Part shown: in pieces, positions 10,812 to 21,176 of the stretch
Layout: every line of letters begins with the position of its first letter
How positions within the stretch are numbered: position 1 is the stretch's first letter
Assembly (NCBI GenBank): GCA_963666365.2
Contig: CAXXNF010000001.1
Coordinates: 96,001 to 160,000 of the forward strand
Direction: 5' to 3'
Origin: Syntrophales bacterium
GTDB lineage: Bacteria > Desulfobacterota > Syntrophia > Syntrophales > UBA2210
Length of the DNA stretch: 64,000 nt
The notes under the pieces: model-generated
Databases searched by the model: none
What the model saw: only the letters and a program-made list of their open reading frames with translations
Told to the model about the DNA's origin: nothing
Program-made: the position numbers and the translations under genes

Positions 10812-11861
10812 ATGGTATTTGACGATCAAACACGTCAGTATATTAAAGGGAAATTAGAGGAAGAACTTATGAATGATGTGCACATTAAGCTCTTTTCGAG
10901 TAATCTGATTACCGGCAATACCACCAGGGAGTATACGGATTTTACAGAAGACTTTTTGAAGGAATTGTCTGAGATTAATGATAAAATCCATGTCGAGTAT
11001 GACGACATGTATGGAGAAGAGGCAAAAAGGAGGAATATCACCGTTTCTCCGTCGGTGATCATCGGCGACGGCAATGGATGGTATCCGGTTCACTATTTCG
11101 GAGCTCCCGCGGGACACGAAGCCGCGTCATTCATAGAGGCCATATCGATGATCTCACGGAGGGACAGCACACTTCATCCCTCGTCCAGAGACAAACTGCA
11201 ACATATCGACAGGGACATGCTCATAGAGACATATGTCACCCCCAATTGTCCTCACTGTCCCCGTGCCGTTGTCCTCTCCAATCAGATTGCCATCGAGTCG
11301 GGCGGGAAAATCGTCTCGCGGTGCATAGAGGCCCAGGAGATGATGGACCGGGCTCGGATGTTCAATGTTTCTTCCGTTCCCCAGCAGGTCATCAACGAAG
11401 ACCACGACTCGGTCACGGTAGGGGTGCAACAGGAGAAGACCTTCGTCAATCAGGTGCTTCATTACGGTTCCGCCCGTGCACGGGAGATATTGGAGGAAGA
11501 AGAAAAAGCGACCAAGAAAGAGGAAATACTGCTCGATAATCCTGATTATCCAGTCGTGATCACCGATGGCAATATCGATGAGGCGATCGCCAAGTACCCC
11601 TTTCTGGTTGTCGACTGCTGGGCCGAGTGGTGCGCTCCCTGCAAGATGATAGGCCCCGTTATTGAAAAGCTAGCGTCGGACCACCAGGGGAAGATCACTT
11701 TCGGCAAGCTTGATGTCGACGGCAACCCTGAGACCTCGACCAGGTTCAACATCAGGTCCATTCCCACCCTTCTCGTGTTTAAAGAAGGGGATAAGGTGGG
11801 AGATATCATCGGCGCTATGCCGGAAGACATGCTCCTGGAGAAGATCAGCGCATACAGATAA
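10812..11861 (+). CDS. Protein-disulfide oxidoreductase (AhpF-NTD/PDO-like) fused to C-terminal thioredoxin
   Basis: GAPAGHE, TPNCPHCP and SVPQ in the PDO part; WAEWCAPC..IRSIPT in the thioredoxin part; GGAG RBS before ATG 10812. Confidence 0.85.
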   Translation: MVFDDQTRQYIKGKLEEELMNDVHIKLFSSNLITGNTTREYTDFTEDFLKELSEINDKIHVEYDDMYGEEAKRRNITVSPSVIIGDGNGWYPVHYFGAPAGHEAASFIEAISMISRRDSTLHPSSRDKLQHIDRDMLIETYVTPNCPHCPRAVVLSNQIAIESGGKIVSRCIEAQEMMDRARMFNVSSVPQQVINEDHDSVTVGVQQEKTFVNQVLHYGSARAREILEEEEKATKKEEILLDNPDYPVVITDGNIDEAIAKYPFLVVDCWAEWCAPCKMIGPVIEKLASDHQGKITFGKLDVDGNPETSTRFNIRSIPTLLVFKEGDKVGDIIGAMPEDMLLEKISAYR

Positions 11862-11892
11862 AGCGTAAGCCGCACGCAGCTGGAGGATAGAT

Positions 11893-13032
11893 ATGAAAAT
11901 TGCCATTCCGAAGGAACAAACACCGCACGATCAGCGGATACCGATGGTCCCTTCAGATGTGAAACAGCTTGTTCAGCGGGGCGCCGAGGTCGAGATCGAG
12001 ACAAAAATGGGAGAACCCGTCGGCTATCCCGACGGTGCATACGAATCCGAAGGGGCAACGGTCAACCGGAACAGGCAGAGACTCCTGTCCGACGCCGATC
12101 TCGTGTTGCGACTGCACAAGCCTCCCCTCGAAGAAATCAAGCTTCTGAAAAAGGGAAGTATTCATATCAGCCATCTCGACCCCTTCAACGAGAAAGGGAT
12201 TCTCGACGCGTTCGTTTCACAGGGAGTAAGCGCTGTGAGCATGGAGATGATCCCGAGGATCACCAGGGCGCAGAAGATGGATGCTTTGAGTTCCCAGGCG
12301 AGCATTGCCGGATATGTCGCCGTCATCACTGCGGCGGCGAAACTCAACAAGATATTTCCCATGATGATGACTCCGGCGGGGACCATCGCCCCTTCCCGCG
12401 TGTTCATCATCGGGGTTGGCGTCGCCGGCCTCCAGGCAATCGCAACAGCGAAACGCCTGGGCGCCCGGGTGGAAGCCTTCGACACGAGGCCGGTTGTCGA
12501 GGAACAGGTACAGTCGCTCGGAGCGAAATTCGTCAAGATAGATCTTGGGGAGACGGGGGAAACACAGAGCGGATACGCCAAGGCCCTCTCTGAGGAACAG
12601 ATCCGGCTGCAGCGACAGGAAATGGCAAAACACTGCGCCACTGCCGACGTGGTCATCACGACCGCGCAGGTATTTGGGAAAAAAGCGCCTCTGATCGTCA
12701 CCAACGAGATGATCTCCTCCATGAATAAGGGGAGCTTCATCGTTGATCTTGCCGCGGGGAACGGGGGAAATGTTGAAGGTACTATTGCAGGCGAGGAGGT
12801 TGTCATAGACGGGGTAACGATTCTGGGGCTTGCCGACGCGGCGGGCCGTGCGGCTGGACACGCAAGCCAGATGTATTCGAGCAATCTGCTGAATTTAATT
12901 ACTGAATTCTGGGATGACGATGCAAAAAGACTGAATCTTCGCCTGGATGATGAAATTATCAAGGGGTGCCTGGTCGTTCACACCCATAGGATCTTCAGCG
13001 AATCTCTGAAAGAGTTCGTGCAAAGGAGATAG
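11893..13032 (+). CDS. pntA: NAD(P) transhydrogenase alpha subunit, soluble domain I
   Basis: PRITRAQKMDALSSQ, MMMTPAGT, GVGVAGLQAIATAKRLGA. Confidence 0.95.
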   Translation: MKIAIPKEQTPHDQRIPMVPSDVKQLVQRGAEVEIETKMGEPVGYPDGAYESEGATVNRNRQRLLSDADLVLRLHKPPLEEIKLLKKGSIHISHLDPFNEKGILDAFVSQGVSAVSMEMIPRITRAQKMDALSSQASIAGYVAVITAAAKLNKIFPMMMTPAGTIAPSRVFIIGVGVAGLQAIATAKRLGARVEAFDTRPVVEEQVQSLGAKFVKIDLGETGETQSGYAKALSEEQIRLQRQEMAKHCATADVVITTAQVFGKKAPLIVTNEMISSMNKGSFIVDLAAGNGGNVEGTIAGEEVVIDGVTILGLADAAGRAAGHASQMYSSNLLNLITEFWDDDAKRLNLRLDDEIIKGCLVVHTHRIFSESLKEFVQRR

Positions 13033-13035
13033 AAC

Positions 13036-13353
13036 ATGGATGTAAACATCTGTCGAATTCCCTGCCTGGTCTGTATGGGTATGGTGCTTGTACTCGCTAT
13101 ATTCGTCGGGTTCGAGGTGATATCGAAGGTACCGTCACGCCTTCACACTCCTCTTATGTCGGGGAGTAACGCCATTTCCGGGATTACGCTCGTCGGTGCG
13201 GTACTGGCGAGCGGTTCGGCCGAGAGTGCCGTGGGGATCATCCTGGGAACTTCGGCCGTCATCTTCGCGACCATCAACGTGGTCGGCGGGTACATGGTTA
13301 CCAACCGAATGCTGGGAATGTTCAGGAAAAAAACGGATGGAGGCGATACATGA
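13036..13353 (+). CDS. NAD(P) transhydrogenase alpha subunit part 2 (membrane)
   Basis: VPSRLHTPLMSGSNAISG, INVVGGYMVTNRMLGMF. Confidence 0.93.
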   Translation: MDVNICRIPCLVCMGMVLVLAIFVGFEVISKVPSRLHTPLMSGSNAISGITLVGAVLASGSAESAVGIILGTSAVIFATINVVGGYMVTNRMLGMFRKKTDGGDT

Positions 13354-14726
13354 CCACACAAATTATCGTGAATCTGGTGTATCTCGTTTCCGCCGTGCTG
13401 TTCATCTTCGGGCTGAAGTTGCTCACCTCGCAAACTACGGCACAGCGGGGAAACCTGCTTTCCGCAACGGGGATGTTTCTCGCGGTGGTGGTGACCCTTC
13501 TGAGTAATGAGATCCTCGATTATCGATGGGTTGCAACGGGGATCATCATAGGAAGCATTATCGGGGCCTTCGCTGCCCGCGTGGTCGCCATGACCCAGAT
13601 GCCCCAGATGGTGGCCTTGTTTAACGGTTTCGGCGGTGCTGCGAGTCTTCTCGTCGGATGGGCGGCCTATCGGACAATGAACATGTTCGATCTCTTTACC
13701 GCCACCACGATTTTTCTTGCCGTGTTAATCGGGGGCATTACGTTCTCGGGAAGCATGGCGGCCTGGGGCAAACTCGCCACATACATCAGTGGAAAGCCCA
13801 TTCTTTTCCCCGGCCAGACATTTTTGAACGGAGTCCTCTTCATCGGAGTACTGGTAGCGGGATCCCTCCTGCTCATGAATCTGCCGATCAGCTACGCGTT
13901 ATTAACAGCGATTATCGTCCTCTCCCTTATTCTCGGCGTTATGGCGGTTATCCCCATCGGAGGCGCTGATATGCCGGTCGTTATTTCCCTGCTGAACAGC
14001 TATTCCGGTATCGCCGGGTGCGCGGCGGGGCTGGCGATTCACAACAACATCCTGATCGTTGCCGGCGCTCTGGTCGGGGCAAGCGGGATTATATTGACCA
14101 ATGTGATGTGCAAAGCCATGAATCGTTCACTCACCAATGTGCTCTTCGGGGGATTTGGCGCCAGCAGCGGCGCACAGACCGTGCAGATCGAAGGCGAGGT
14201 CAAACCCATTTCGGCGGAAGACACCTATTTTATTCTCGAGGCCGCAAGTTCGGTGGTTTTTGTGCCGGGATACGGGATGGCCGTTGCGCAGGCGCAGCAC
14301 GCGATTCATGAACTGGAAGAACTCCTGGAAAAGAATGGGGGCGACGTGCGCTTTGCCATCCATCCCGTTGCAGGGCGCATGCCGGGGCATATGAACGTCC
14401 TCCTCGCCGAGGCCAACGTGTCGTATGACAAGCTTGTCGAGATGGATGATATCAACCGGACGATCGCGGGGGTCGATGTCTGCATCGTGGTCGGCGCCAA
14501 CGACGTGGTCAACCCGGCCGCCCGTGAGAGTAAGGGCAGTCCGATCTACGGCATGCCGATCATCAACGTGGATCGGGCAAAGACGGTCATCGTTCTGAAG
14601 CGTTCCATGGCGCCTGGTTTTGCCGGGATCGAAAACAATTTGTTCTATAAGGAAAACACCCGGATGCTCTTCGGTGACGCAAAGACGAGTATCGAAGCGC
14701 TTGTCTCGGAATTCAAGAGGAAATAA
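13350..14726 (+). CDS. pntB: NAD(P) transhydrogenase beta subunit
   Basis: IGGADMPVVISLLNSYSG, PGYGMAVAQAQ, HPVAGRMPGHMNVLLAEA, GANDVVNP. Confidence 0.97.
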   Translation: MTTQIIVNLVYLVSAVLFIFGLKLLTSQTTAQRGNLLSATGMFLAVVVTLLSNEILDYRWVATGIIIGSIIGAFAARVVAMTQMPQMVALFNGFGGAASLLVGWAAYRTMNMFDLFTATTIFLAVLIGGITFSGSMAAWGKLATYISGKPILFPGQTFLNGVLFIGVLVAGSLLLMNLPISYALLTAIIVLSLILGVMAVIPIGGADMPVVISLLNSYSGIAGCAAGLAIHNNILIVAGALVGASGIILTNVMCKAMNRSLTNVLFGGFGASSGAQTVQIEGEVKPISAEDTYFILEAASSVVFVPGYGMAVAQAQHAIHELEELLEKNGGDVRFAIHPVAGRMPGHMNVLLAEANVSYDKLVEMDDINRTIAGVDVCIVVGANDVVNPAARESKGSPIYGMPIINVDRAKTVIVLKRSMAPGFAGIENNLFYKENTRMLFGDAKTSIEALVSEFKRK

Positions 14727-14840
14727 TGATCAGGACGATGCACAATCCGGTTCATAATGGAGGAATGAAAATCAAGAGAAGACGAGACGGATACTGTGTG
14801 GTTTCGTTCGCCATGAAACACAACAAGAAGGGGAATGTAC

Positions 14841-15248
14841 ATGAAATTGACGATTGCGTTCTCGACTGACGACGGGGATTTCTTCAACGACGATCACTTT
14901 GGAATGGCGCGGTATTTTCGCATTTATGAATTTTCAGACTCCACGGTAGCTTTAATCGAAATGCGAGAGAACGCAAAATATGTCGAAGATCAATCGATAC
15001 AGCATGGTGATCCCGGTAAGGCGAAGGCGACCTCCTCGGTCCTCGGCGGGGTCGATGTGATAGCAGGCAGGAAATTCGGACCGAATATCGTGAGGCTGCT
15101 GAAGAAATTCGTATGCGTCGCGGTAAAGACCGACAGGATTGCCGATGCCATACAGATGATACATGAAAATATGGAGGCAATAGAAGAGGCCAAAAGCAAA
15201 GGCGAGACGAGAAAACATATCGTGCTGAAGCGACCGGCGAACGGGTAA
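14841..15248 (+). CDS. NifB/NifX-like (FeMo-cofactor carrier fold) protein
   Basis: IAFSTDDG..HFGMARYFRIYE..GVDVIAG..FGP pattern. Confidence 0.75.
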   Translation: MKLTIAFSTDDGDFFNDDHFGMARYFRIYEFSDSTVALIEMRENAKYVEDQSIQHGDPGKAKATSSVLGGVDVIAGRKFGPNIVRLLKKFVCVAVKTDRIADAIQMIHENMEAIEEAKSKGETRKHIVLKRPANG

Positions 15249-15377
15249 TAAAGCTCAGCCCGATTGCTTGCAATATGGTCTAGGGAGCATGAAAACCGGG
15301 TGTCCGGGTTACGATAGCCGGGGCGCAATTATCACCGGGCGTCACTGCCGGATTGAAAACGAAAAGAGGAAACCGTA

Positions 15378-15605
15378 ATGCCGAGAGGAGATGGAACTGG
15401 ACCGCGGGGACCGGGACCGGGACGAGGTATGGGCCAGAGCTCGGGACGCGCCGTCGGCCGGGGACAAATGGGAGGCCGGGAACTCGGAACATGTGGAGGG
15501 TGTGTCTGCCCCGATTTCGGGCACCGGGTTGCCCATAAGATCGGGACTCCGGGTTCCGATTTGACCTGTCCCCTCTGCGGGAGCCGGATGAAACGGCAGG
15601 GGTGA
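15378..15605 (+). CDS. Small Gly-rich DUF5320-like protein with degenerate Cys cluster
   Basis: MPRGDGTGPRGPGPGRG N-terminus; CVCPDF..H..CPLCG; GAGGA RBS. Confidence 0.65.
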   Translation: MPRGDGTGPRGPGPGRGMGQSSGRAVGRGQMGGRELGTCGGCVCPDFGHRVAHKIGTPGSDLTCPLCGSRMKRQG

Positions 15606-15688
15606 AACATCGGTCGAGGATTGCCTTTTCTCTTTCCCTATCAGTTAGGGCGGACAGGGAAGCCCACAAATCATAACAGAAAAGAGCC

Positions 15689-16714
15689 ATGGTTGTCGAA
15701 ACTGTCAAGCACGCACTGATGATAACGAGCTTCGTGTTCATTATGATGCTGATCATTGAATATGTCAATGTGCTGACCAGGGGGCATTGGCAGGAATCAT
15801 TAAAGAAATACCCCTGGATGCAATATTTCCTGGCCGCTTTTCTGGGGGCCACTCCCGGTTGTCTGGGGGCTTTTACCGTCGTGGCCCTGTACACTCACGA
15901 CATCGTCAGCTTCGGCGCGCTGGTAACCGTCATGATCGCAACCAGCGGCGACGAAGCCTTCGTCATGCTCTCTCTGTTTCCGGGTACGGCAATCCTTTTG
16001 ACCGTGATCTTGCTGGCCATCGCTCTGGTTGCGGGTTTTGTGACGGACCTGCTCTTCACACCGGGGATGATTCCCCTGGAAAATCGGGACAGGGGATTCG
16101 CGTTTCACGATGAGGACTGTGTCTGTTTCCCCCGGGACGAGATCCTGAGCCAGTTGAAAAATCTCACCCTGCAGCGGGGGGTGCTCCTCTTTTCCCTGAT
16201 ATTATTCGTCTCTGCCCTGCTCTCCAGACAACTGGGTCCCCACGCATGGAACTGGATAAAGGTGACCCTGTTGGGGGGCTCCCTGGTCGCACTTTTTATC
16301 ACCGCAACGGTGCCCGAACACTTCCTCGAGGAGCACCTCTGGGAACATATCGTAAAAGTCCATATCCCGCGGGTGTTTCTCTGGACGTTGGGTGCCCTCG
16401 TTGTTATGGCCGTGCTGCTTCACTCTCTCGACCTAGGCTCCTGGATCGAGGCGAACTACCTGACGGTTCTCTTGATCGCATGTCTCGTGGGATTCATCCC
16501 TGAATCGGGACCGCACATGATATTCGTGACCCTCTTCGCCGAAGGAGCGATCCCCTTCGGTATCCTCCTGGCAAGTTCCGTCGTGCAGGACGGCCATGGG
16601 ATGCTCCCCCTCCTTGCGGAATCAAAGAAGGGTTTTATTTCCGTTAAGGTCATCAATCTCTCCACAGGCCTCTTGGTTGGGTTGGCCTGGTACGTCGGGG
16701 AGATCTATCTGTAA
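15689..16714 (+). CDS. Putative metal (Mn/As-type) permease
   Basis: LGATPGCLG, IATSGDEAF, GFIPESGPH, VQDGHG motifs; polytopic membrane protein. Confidence 0.75.
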   Translation: MVVETVKHALMITSFVFIMMLIIEYVNVLTRGHWQESLKKYPWMQYFLAAFLGATPGCLGAFTVVALYTHDIVSFGALVTVMIATSGDEAFVMLSLFPGTAILLTVILLAIALVAGFVTDLLFTPGMIPLENRDRGFAFHDEDCVCFPRDEILSQLKNLTLQRGVLLFSLILFVSALLSRQLGPHAWNWIKVTLLGGSLVALFITATVPEHFLEEHLWEHIVKVHIPRVFLWTLGALVVMAVLLHSLDLGSWIEANYLTVLLIACLVGFIPESGPHMIFVTLFAEGAIPFGILLASSVVQDGHGMLPLLAESKKGFISVKVINLSTGLLVGLAWYVGEIYL

Positions 16715-16846
16715 CGGGAGATCGACCACCATAGTATACGCATAATATATCGTGCCGAATCAGATATTGATCAAAACATGCATGGTTCGATCAAATGGTA
16801 CACATAAACCAACATCGGTGTCGCACCGAACAAAAGGAGGCCTCTT

Positions 16847-18739
16847 ATGAAGATATTGTCAACCGAACTGTCCATCGGAAATGCGGTGATCAAAAACAGG
16901 GCTGTCATGGCCCCGATCAAGACGGGGTATGGCGTGCGGACAGGGGAAGTAACCAATCGTCACATCGAGTTTTTCGGCAGACGAAGCAGGCACGCAGGCG
17001 CCGTCACCCCGGAGCCGTTTTGTCTGCATCCGACACTGCGGGAATTACCCGTTCAGATAGGAATCCACAACGACGATATGCTGCCGGGGCTCGCAAGACT
17101 CTCGGACGCCATCCACGCAAACGGGGCCCTGGCAATCGCGCACCTCAATCACCCGGGGAGGATGGCGAATCCCGCTATCCCCGGCAATCGATTCCTGTCC
17201 TCCTCGGGACAGATGTGTCCCACCGGCGTCAAGGAGCCCGAGGCGATGGATCGATCTCTCATTGAAGAGTCTCAAACACTCTTTGAAAACGCCGCCGTCA
17301 GGGCCCAGCAGGCGGGATATGATTTCGTGGAGCTGCAATTCGGGCATGGATACCTGATCGCTCAATTTCTCTCGGAAGCGGTCAACGATCGAACCGATCA
17401 ATACGGCGGGAGCTGGGAAAACCGGCTGCGCTACGGCATCGAGGTCTTGGAACGGGTGAAACAGGCCGTCTCTCTACCGATCATCGTCCGTCTGAGCGCG
17501 GATGAAATGACGCCGAACGGCCTCAAACTCGAAGACGCGATCCGGCTCGCTCCCGTCCTCGCGGAACGGGGAGCGAACGCGCTGCATATATCAAGTGGTT
17601 CCCTGTGCGAAACACCCCCCTGGTATTTTCAGCACATGGCCGTGCCCAAGGGAAAGACATGGGACTTTGCCTCACATATCAGGGAGACGGTGAAAATCCC
17701 GGTGATCGCCGTCGGTCAGATCAATGAACGGGATGACCCGGAGACGATTCTCCAAGGCGGTATGGCGGACGCGATTGCCGTCGGAAGGGCCCTGGTAGCG
17801 GACCCCGATTTTATCGGCAAGGTCCTGGGAGAGATCAGCGGTCCTATCCGTCCCTGCGCATCCTGCCTCGAGGGGTGCCTTGGAGGGGTCAAGGGCGGAA
17901 AAGGCCTCATGTGCGTGGTGAACCCCGCCGTCGGCAAGGTCGAAGAAGCTATACCGCTCGTCGAGAAACCCCGGAAAATCGCCGTCGTGGGCGGCGGGCC
18001 TGCCGGAATGGAGGCGGCGCTCGTCCTGAACGAGAGGGGGCATACCGTGACCCTCTACGAAAAGGACAGACTGGGAGGGCTGTTCAATCTCGCCTATCTG
18101 ACACCGAGAAAAGGGAACCTCAAACGAATAAACGACTACCTCATACGGGAGGTGCAAGAAAAGATTACCGTGGTCGGCACGAAGGCAGACCCGGAGGAAC
18201 TGGCAGGCGCCTATGACGCCGTGATCGTGGCGACGGGCTCTCGCCCCCAGCCTCCCGATATTCCGGGTTTGCAGGAATGGAGCTGGGCGGAGCTTCTTCA
18301 GAAGAACAATATGCCGGCGGGAAAGAAGGGGGTCATTGTCGGCGGCGGCTTCATCGGAGCCGAGATGGCCGAGGCGCTCGTCAAAAACGGGAACGACATC
18401 ACCATACTGAAGCGATCGCGGGAGATCGCCCCCGCCATGGAGCCGATCGCGCGGAAATTGTTGTTACGGACCCTGGACGAACTGGGTGTCCCGATTATCA
18501 CGGATACGGATGTCACGAGGGTAGAAGGGAGAATGGTCTACCTGACAGTTGGTGATGGGGAAGAGGCTATCGAGGGCGTTGACTTTGTCGTCTATACGAA
18601 GGGGATGGTTCCGGAAGATTCACTCAAAGACCGGCTTTCCGGAAAAGTCCCGGTCTATGCGATCGGGGACTGCAGAGAAATAGGGAGGGCAATGGATGCC
18701 ATCCATGACGCGTATGATTATGCCATGTCCATCAGCTGA
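16847..18739 (+). CDS. Second NADH:flavin oxidoreductase (OYE family with Fe-S/FAD domains)
   Basis: ELQFGHGYLIAQFLS..NDRTDQYGG, CASCLEGC..C, GGGPAG. Confidence 0.9.
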   Translation: MKILSTELSIGNAVIKNRAVMAPIKTGYGVRTGEVTNRHIEFFGRRSRHAGAVTPEPFCLHPTLRELPVQIGIHNDDMLPGLARLSDAIHANGALAIAHLNHPGRMANPAIPGNRFLSSSGQMCPTGVKEPEAMDRSLIEESQTLFENAAVRAQQAGYDFVELQFGHGYLIAQFLSEAVNDRTDQYGGSWENRLRYGIEVLERVKQAVSLPIIVRLSADEMTPNGLKLEDAIRLAPVLAERGANALHISSGSLCETPPWYFQHMAVPKGKTWDFASHIRETVKIPVIAVGQINERDDPETILQGGMADAIAVGRALVADPDFIGKVLGEISGPIRPCASCLEGCLGGVKGGKGLMCVVNPAVGKVEEAIPLVEKPRKIAVVGGGPAGMEAALVLNERGHTVTLYEKDRLGGLFNLAYLTPRKGNLKRINDYLIREVQEKITVVGTKADPEELAGAYDAVIVATGSRPQPPDIPGLQEWSWAELLQKNNMPAGKKGVIVGGGFIGAEMAEALVKNGNDITILKRSREIAPAMEPIARKLLLRTLDELGVPIITDTDVTRVEGRMVYLTVGDGEEAIEGVDFVVYTKGMVPEDSLKDRLSGKVPVYAIGDCREIGRAMDAIHDAYDYAMSIS

Positions 18740-18805
18740 CGGAAGCAGGCTGGCGGCATCGGGCGTACGCGCATACCCGTTACATAAAAGAAAGGAGGAA
18801 GAGAC

Positions 18806-20338
18806 ATGGGAGTCAAGACATACGATGAGTATCTCGACCGTCTGAAGAAGATGAAAAGGAACCTGTATATCGCCGGCGGTACATGCGACAGAACGGACGA
18901 GAGACTGGCGGCGCAGATGCGTGTCATACGTGAGACATACGACTGCGCGAACGACCCCGGCTGGGACGGCCTGGCAACGACGGCTTCTCACCTGACGGGG
19001 GAAAAGATCAATCGATTTACCCATATCCATCAGAGTGTCGATGATCTCCTGAAAAAACAACAGATGACCAGGCTTCTCTGCCACCGGGTCGGGGGGTGTA
19101 TTATGCGGTGCATGGGGATCGATGCCATGAACGCCCTCTCCGTTGTGACGTACGAGATGGATCAGGCGCTGGGGACGGATACCAATCAGAATTTCCTGAA
19201 GTACCTCAAATACTGGCAGGAAAACGATATCACCGCCAACTGTGCCCAGACCGACGTCAAGGGAGACAGGCTGAAGAGGCCCCATCAACAGGTCGACCCG
19301 GATCTGTATCTGCGGATCATCGAAAGCCGGACGGACGGAATCGTGGTAAACGGCGCCAAGATCGACAACACGACCGCCCCGGTAAGCGACGAAATCATCG
19401 CGATACCGACCCGATTCATGACCGACAAGGACAATGACTATGCCGTCGCGTTTGCCGTACCCGCCGACTGGGACGGGGTCAAGATGCTGGTCAGGCCGGC
19501 ATACAACCACAAACGGAATTACCTGCAGGCCCCCATCGCGGAGATAGGCGATGCCGAGTCCTATACCATTTTCGACAATGTATTTGTGCCCCGCGAGCGG
19601 GTCTTTCTCGACGGCAAAGGCGATCCGCGGCAGACGCCCTTTGCCGGTTTTCTTGCCCTGCTGTTCGCCCATTATCACCGGCACTCCTACACCGGATGCA
19701 AGCCCGCCACATCCGAGGTCCTGGCCAGCGCCGCGGCCCTCGCGGCGGAGTACAACGGGATCGAGAAGGAGCCCCACGCCAGGGAAAAGGTATCGCACAT
19801 GGTAGGGGTGGCGGAGCTCGTCTTCGCCGCCGGGCAGATGAGCGCCTATCGCGCGGAGAAATCGGCATCCGGGACGTACATACCCGACGAGGTCCTGACC
19901 AACGCCGGCAGAAGGCTGGCGGGTGAAGAAATCTACAATGAATACAGGATTGTCGCCGACCTTGCCGGGGGGCTGTGCGCCACGATGCCCTTTGAAGAGG
20001 AATTCTTCTCAGAAGAGACGGGGGAACTGGCGAACAAATACATGATGCGGAACCCCGACATCTCCGCGGAGAACCAGCACCGATGTTTCCGGGGCCTGGA
20101 AAATCTGATCGTCTCGGAGATGGCCGGTGTGGCACAGGTGGCGGGGCTGCACGGGGGCGGCTCGCCGCAGATGGAAACCATCACGATGATGGCCCGGTAC
20201 GATCTTGAGGGACTGAAGAGCGTAGCCAAGTATCTGTTCGGTATCGAGAAAGATCTGCCGAAATACGAACGGGCGACCGTCACGCCGCGCAAGATGCTGG
20301 AACGGTTCCAGAAGCTTTATGGTTCCTCGAAGACATAA
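18806..20338 (+). CDS. 4-hydroxybutyryl-CoA dehydratase / HpaB-superfamily protein
   Basis: GEKINRFTHIHQS, CIMRCMG.DA, TDVKGDR, HRHSYTGCK, LHGGGSP - AbfD-like with Fe-S Cys/His ligands retained. Confidence 0.82.
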   Translation: MGVKTYDEYLDRLKKMKRNLYIAGGTCDRTDERLAAQMRVIRETYDCANDPGWDGLATTASHLTGEKINRFTHIHQSVDDLLKKQQMTRLLCHRVGGCIMRCMGIDAMNALSVVTYEMDQALGTDTNQNFLKYLKYWQENDITANCAQTDVKGDRLKRPHQQVDPDLYLRIIESRTDGIVVNGAKIDNTTAPVSDEIIAIPTRFMTDKDNDYAVAFAVPADWDGVKMLVRPAYNHKRNYLQAPIAEIGDAESYTIFDNVFVPRERVFLDGKGDPRQTPFAGFLALLFAHYHRHSYTGCKPATSEVLASAAALAAEYNGIEKEPHAREKVSHMVGVAELVFAAGQMSAYRAEKSASGTYIPDEVLTNAGRRLAGEEIYNEYRIVADLAGGLCATMPFEEEFFSEETGELANKYMMRNPDISAENQHRCFRGLENLIVSEMAGVAQVAGLHGGGSPQMETITMMARYDLEGLKSVAKYLFGIEKDLPKYERATVTPRKMLERFQKLYGSSKT

Positions 20339-20504
20339 TCGTCTTGGCTGAGCGTTGCCCGGATTTATGTCTCACCCAGTTCGGAATTGATCCTGGCAAA
20401 ACTACCGTCACGGAGCCGATTGAGAATATGGAACAATTTGAAATCCCGCTTATTCCCTAAAAGCGGGAAGGGATTGGAAAATCAACGATATCAATGAAAC
20501 GGGA

Positions 20505-20540
20505 GGTCAAGGGGGAATGTCCGTTTTCCCCTTGACCTTT
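20505..20540. terminator. Hairpin between convergent genes
   Basis: AGGTCAAGGGGGAA-loop-TTTCCCCTTGACCT followed by TT. Confidence 0.6.
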
Positions 20541-20576
20541 ACTGCCGGAGAATACATCGGAGCAGACAAAACAAAC

Positions 20577-21176
20577 TCATGCTTCCTCTTCGACTTTTTC
20601 TCGACCGGTAATCATCGATTTTGTGTACGAGAGGACCGTTTCTCCCGTTGTTGCCATGCAGACATGCACTACAAAGAACTCCATCACCAGAAAAGCGACG
20701 GCGGTATGAATAACCGCAACCGTCCGAAGGCCGACACCGAGAGCCTGCTGGGTCCATATCGGATAGAAATACAACACTCCGCTTACGATCTGTATGCGCA
20801 GCAACAGGCATACGAAAAAGAAATAGGACACCTGCTGAAGAGGATTCAGCCTACGCTCGCGCGTCTTTTTGAAAGGATGCGTATGCCCTTTGAATATGCC
20901 GACGAAATAGTAAACGGCAACTCCCATGATATTCGCAACGCGAGGGATATACTGTTTCCATTCCCCGGTCACGACATGCCAGAAGAGAGCGAAAACCGTC
21001 AGAATAACGAGTATCCATCCAATGCAATTATGATACACACAGGCCTTTTCGAAACAGACGATATGATAGGAACCATGTACCTCAAAACCGGTGACAACCA
21101 GTAAAATAATAAGCAGTGCCTGGCTCCAATGCCAGAAACGTTCAAAAACGGGATATAAGAGAATTTCTTTTTTCAT
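20577..21176 (-). CDS. Di-heme cytochrome b subunit (PhsC/FdnI-like)
   Basis: FERFWHW, H..G, NPLQQ, IH..AF...F..HV; overlaps the stop of the octaheme gene. Confidence 0.8.
   Translation of the reverse strand: MKKEILLYPVFERFWHWSQALLIILLVVTGFEVHGSYHIVCFEKACVYHNCIGWILVILTVFALFWHVVTGEWKQYIPRVANIMGVAVYYFVGIFKGHTHPFKKTRERRLNPLQQVSYFFFVCLLLRIQIVSGVLYFYPIWTQQALGVGLRTVAVIHTAVAFLVMEFFVVHVCMATTGETVLSYTKSMITGREKVEEEA

Noticed and set aside
18620..19798. Long antisense ORFs (this one, 47566..48486, 55968..56870, 8818..9648 and similar)
   Set aside because: Shadow frames of well-supported genes on the opposite strand
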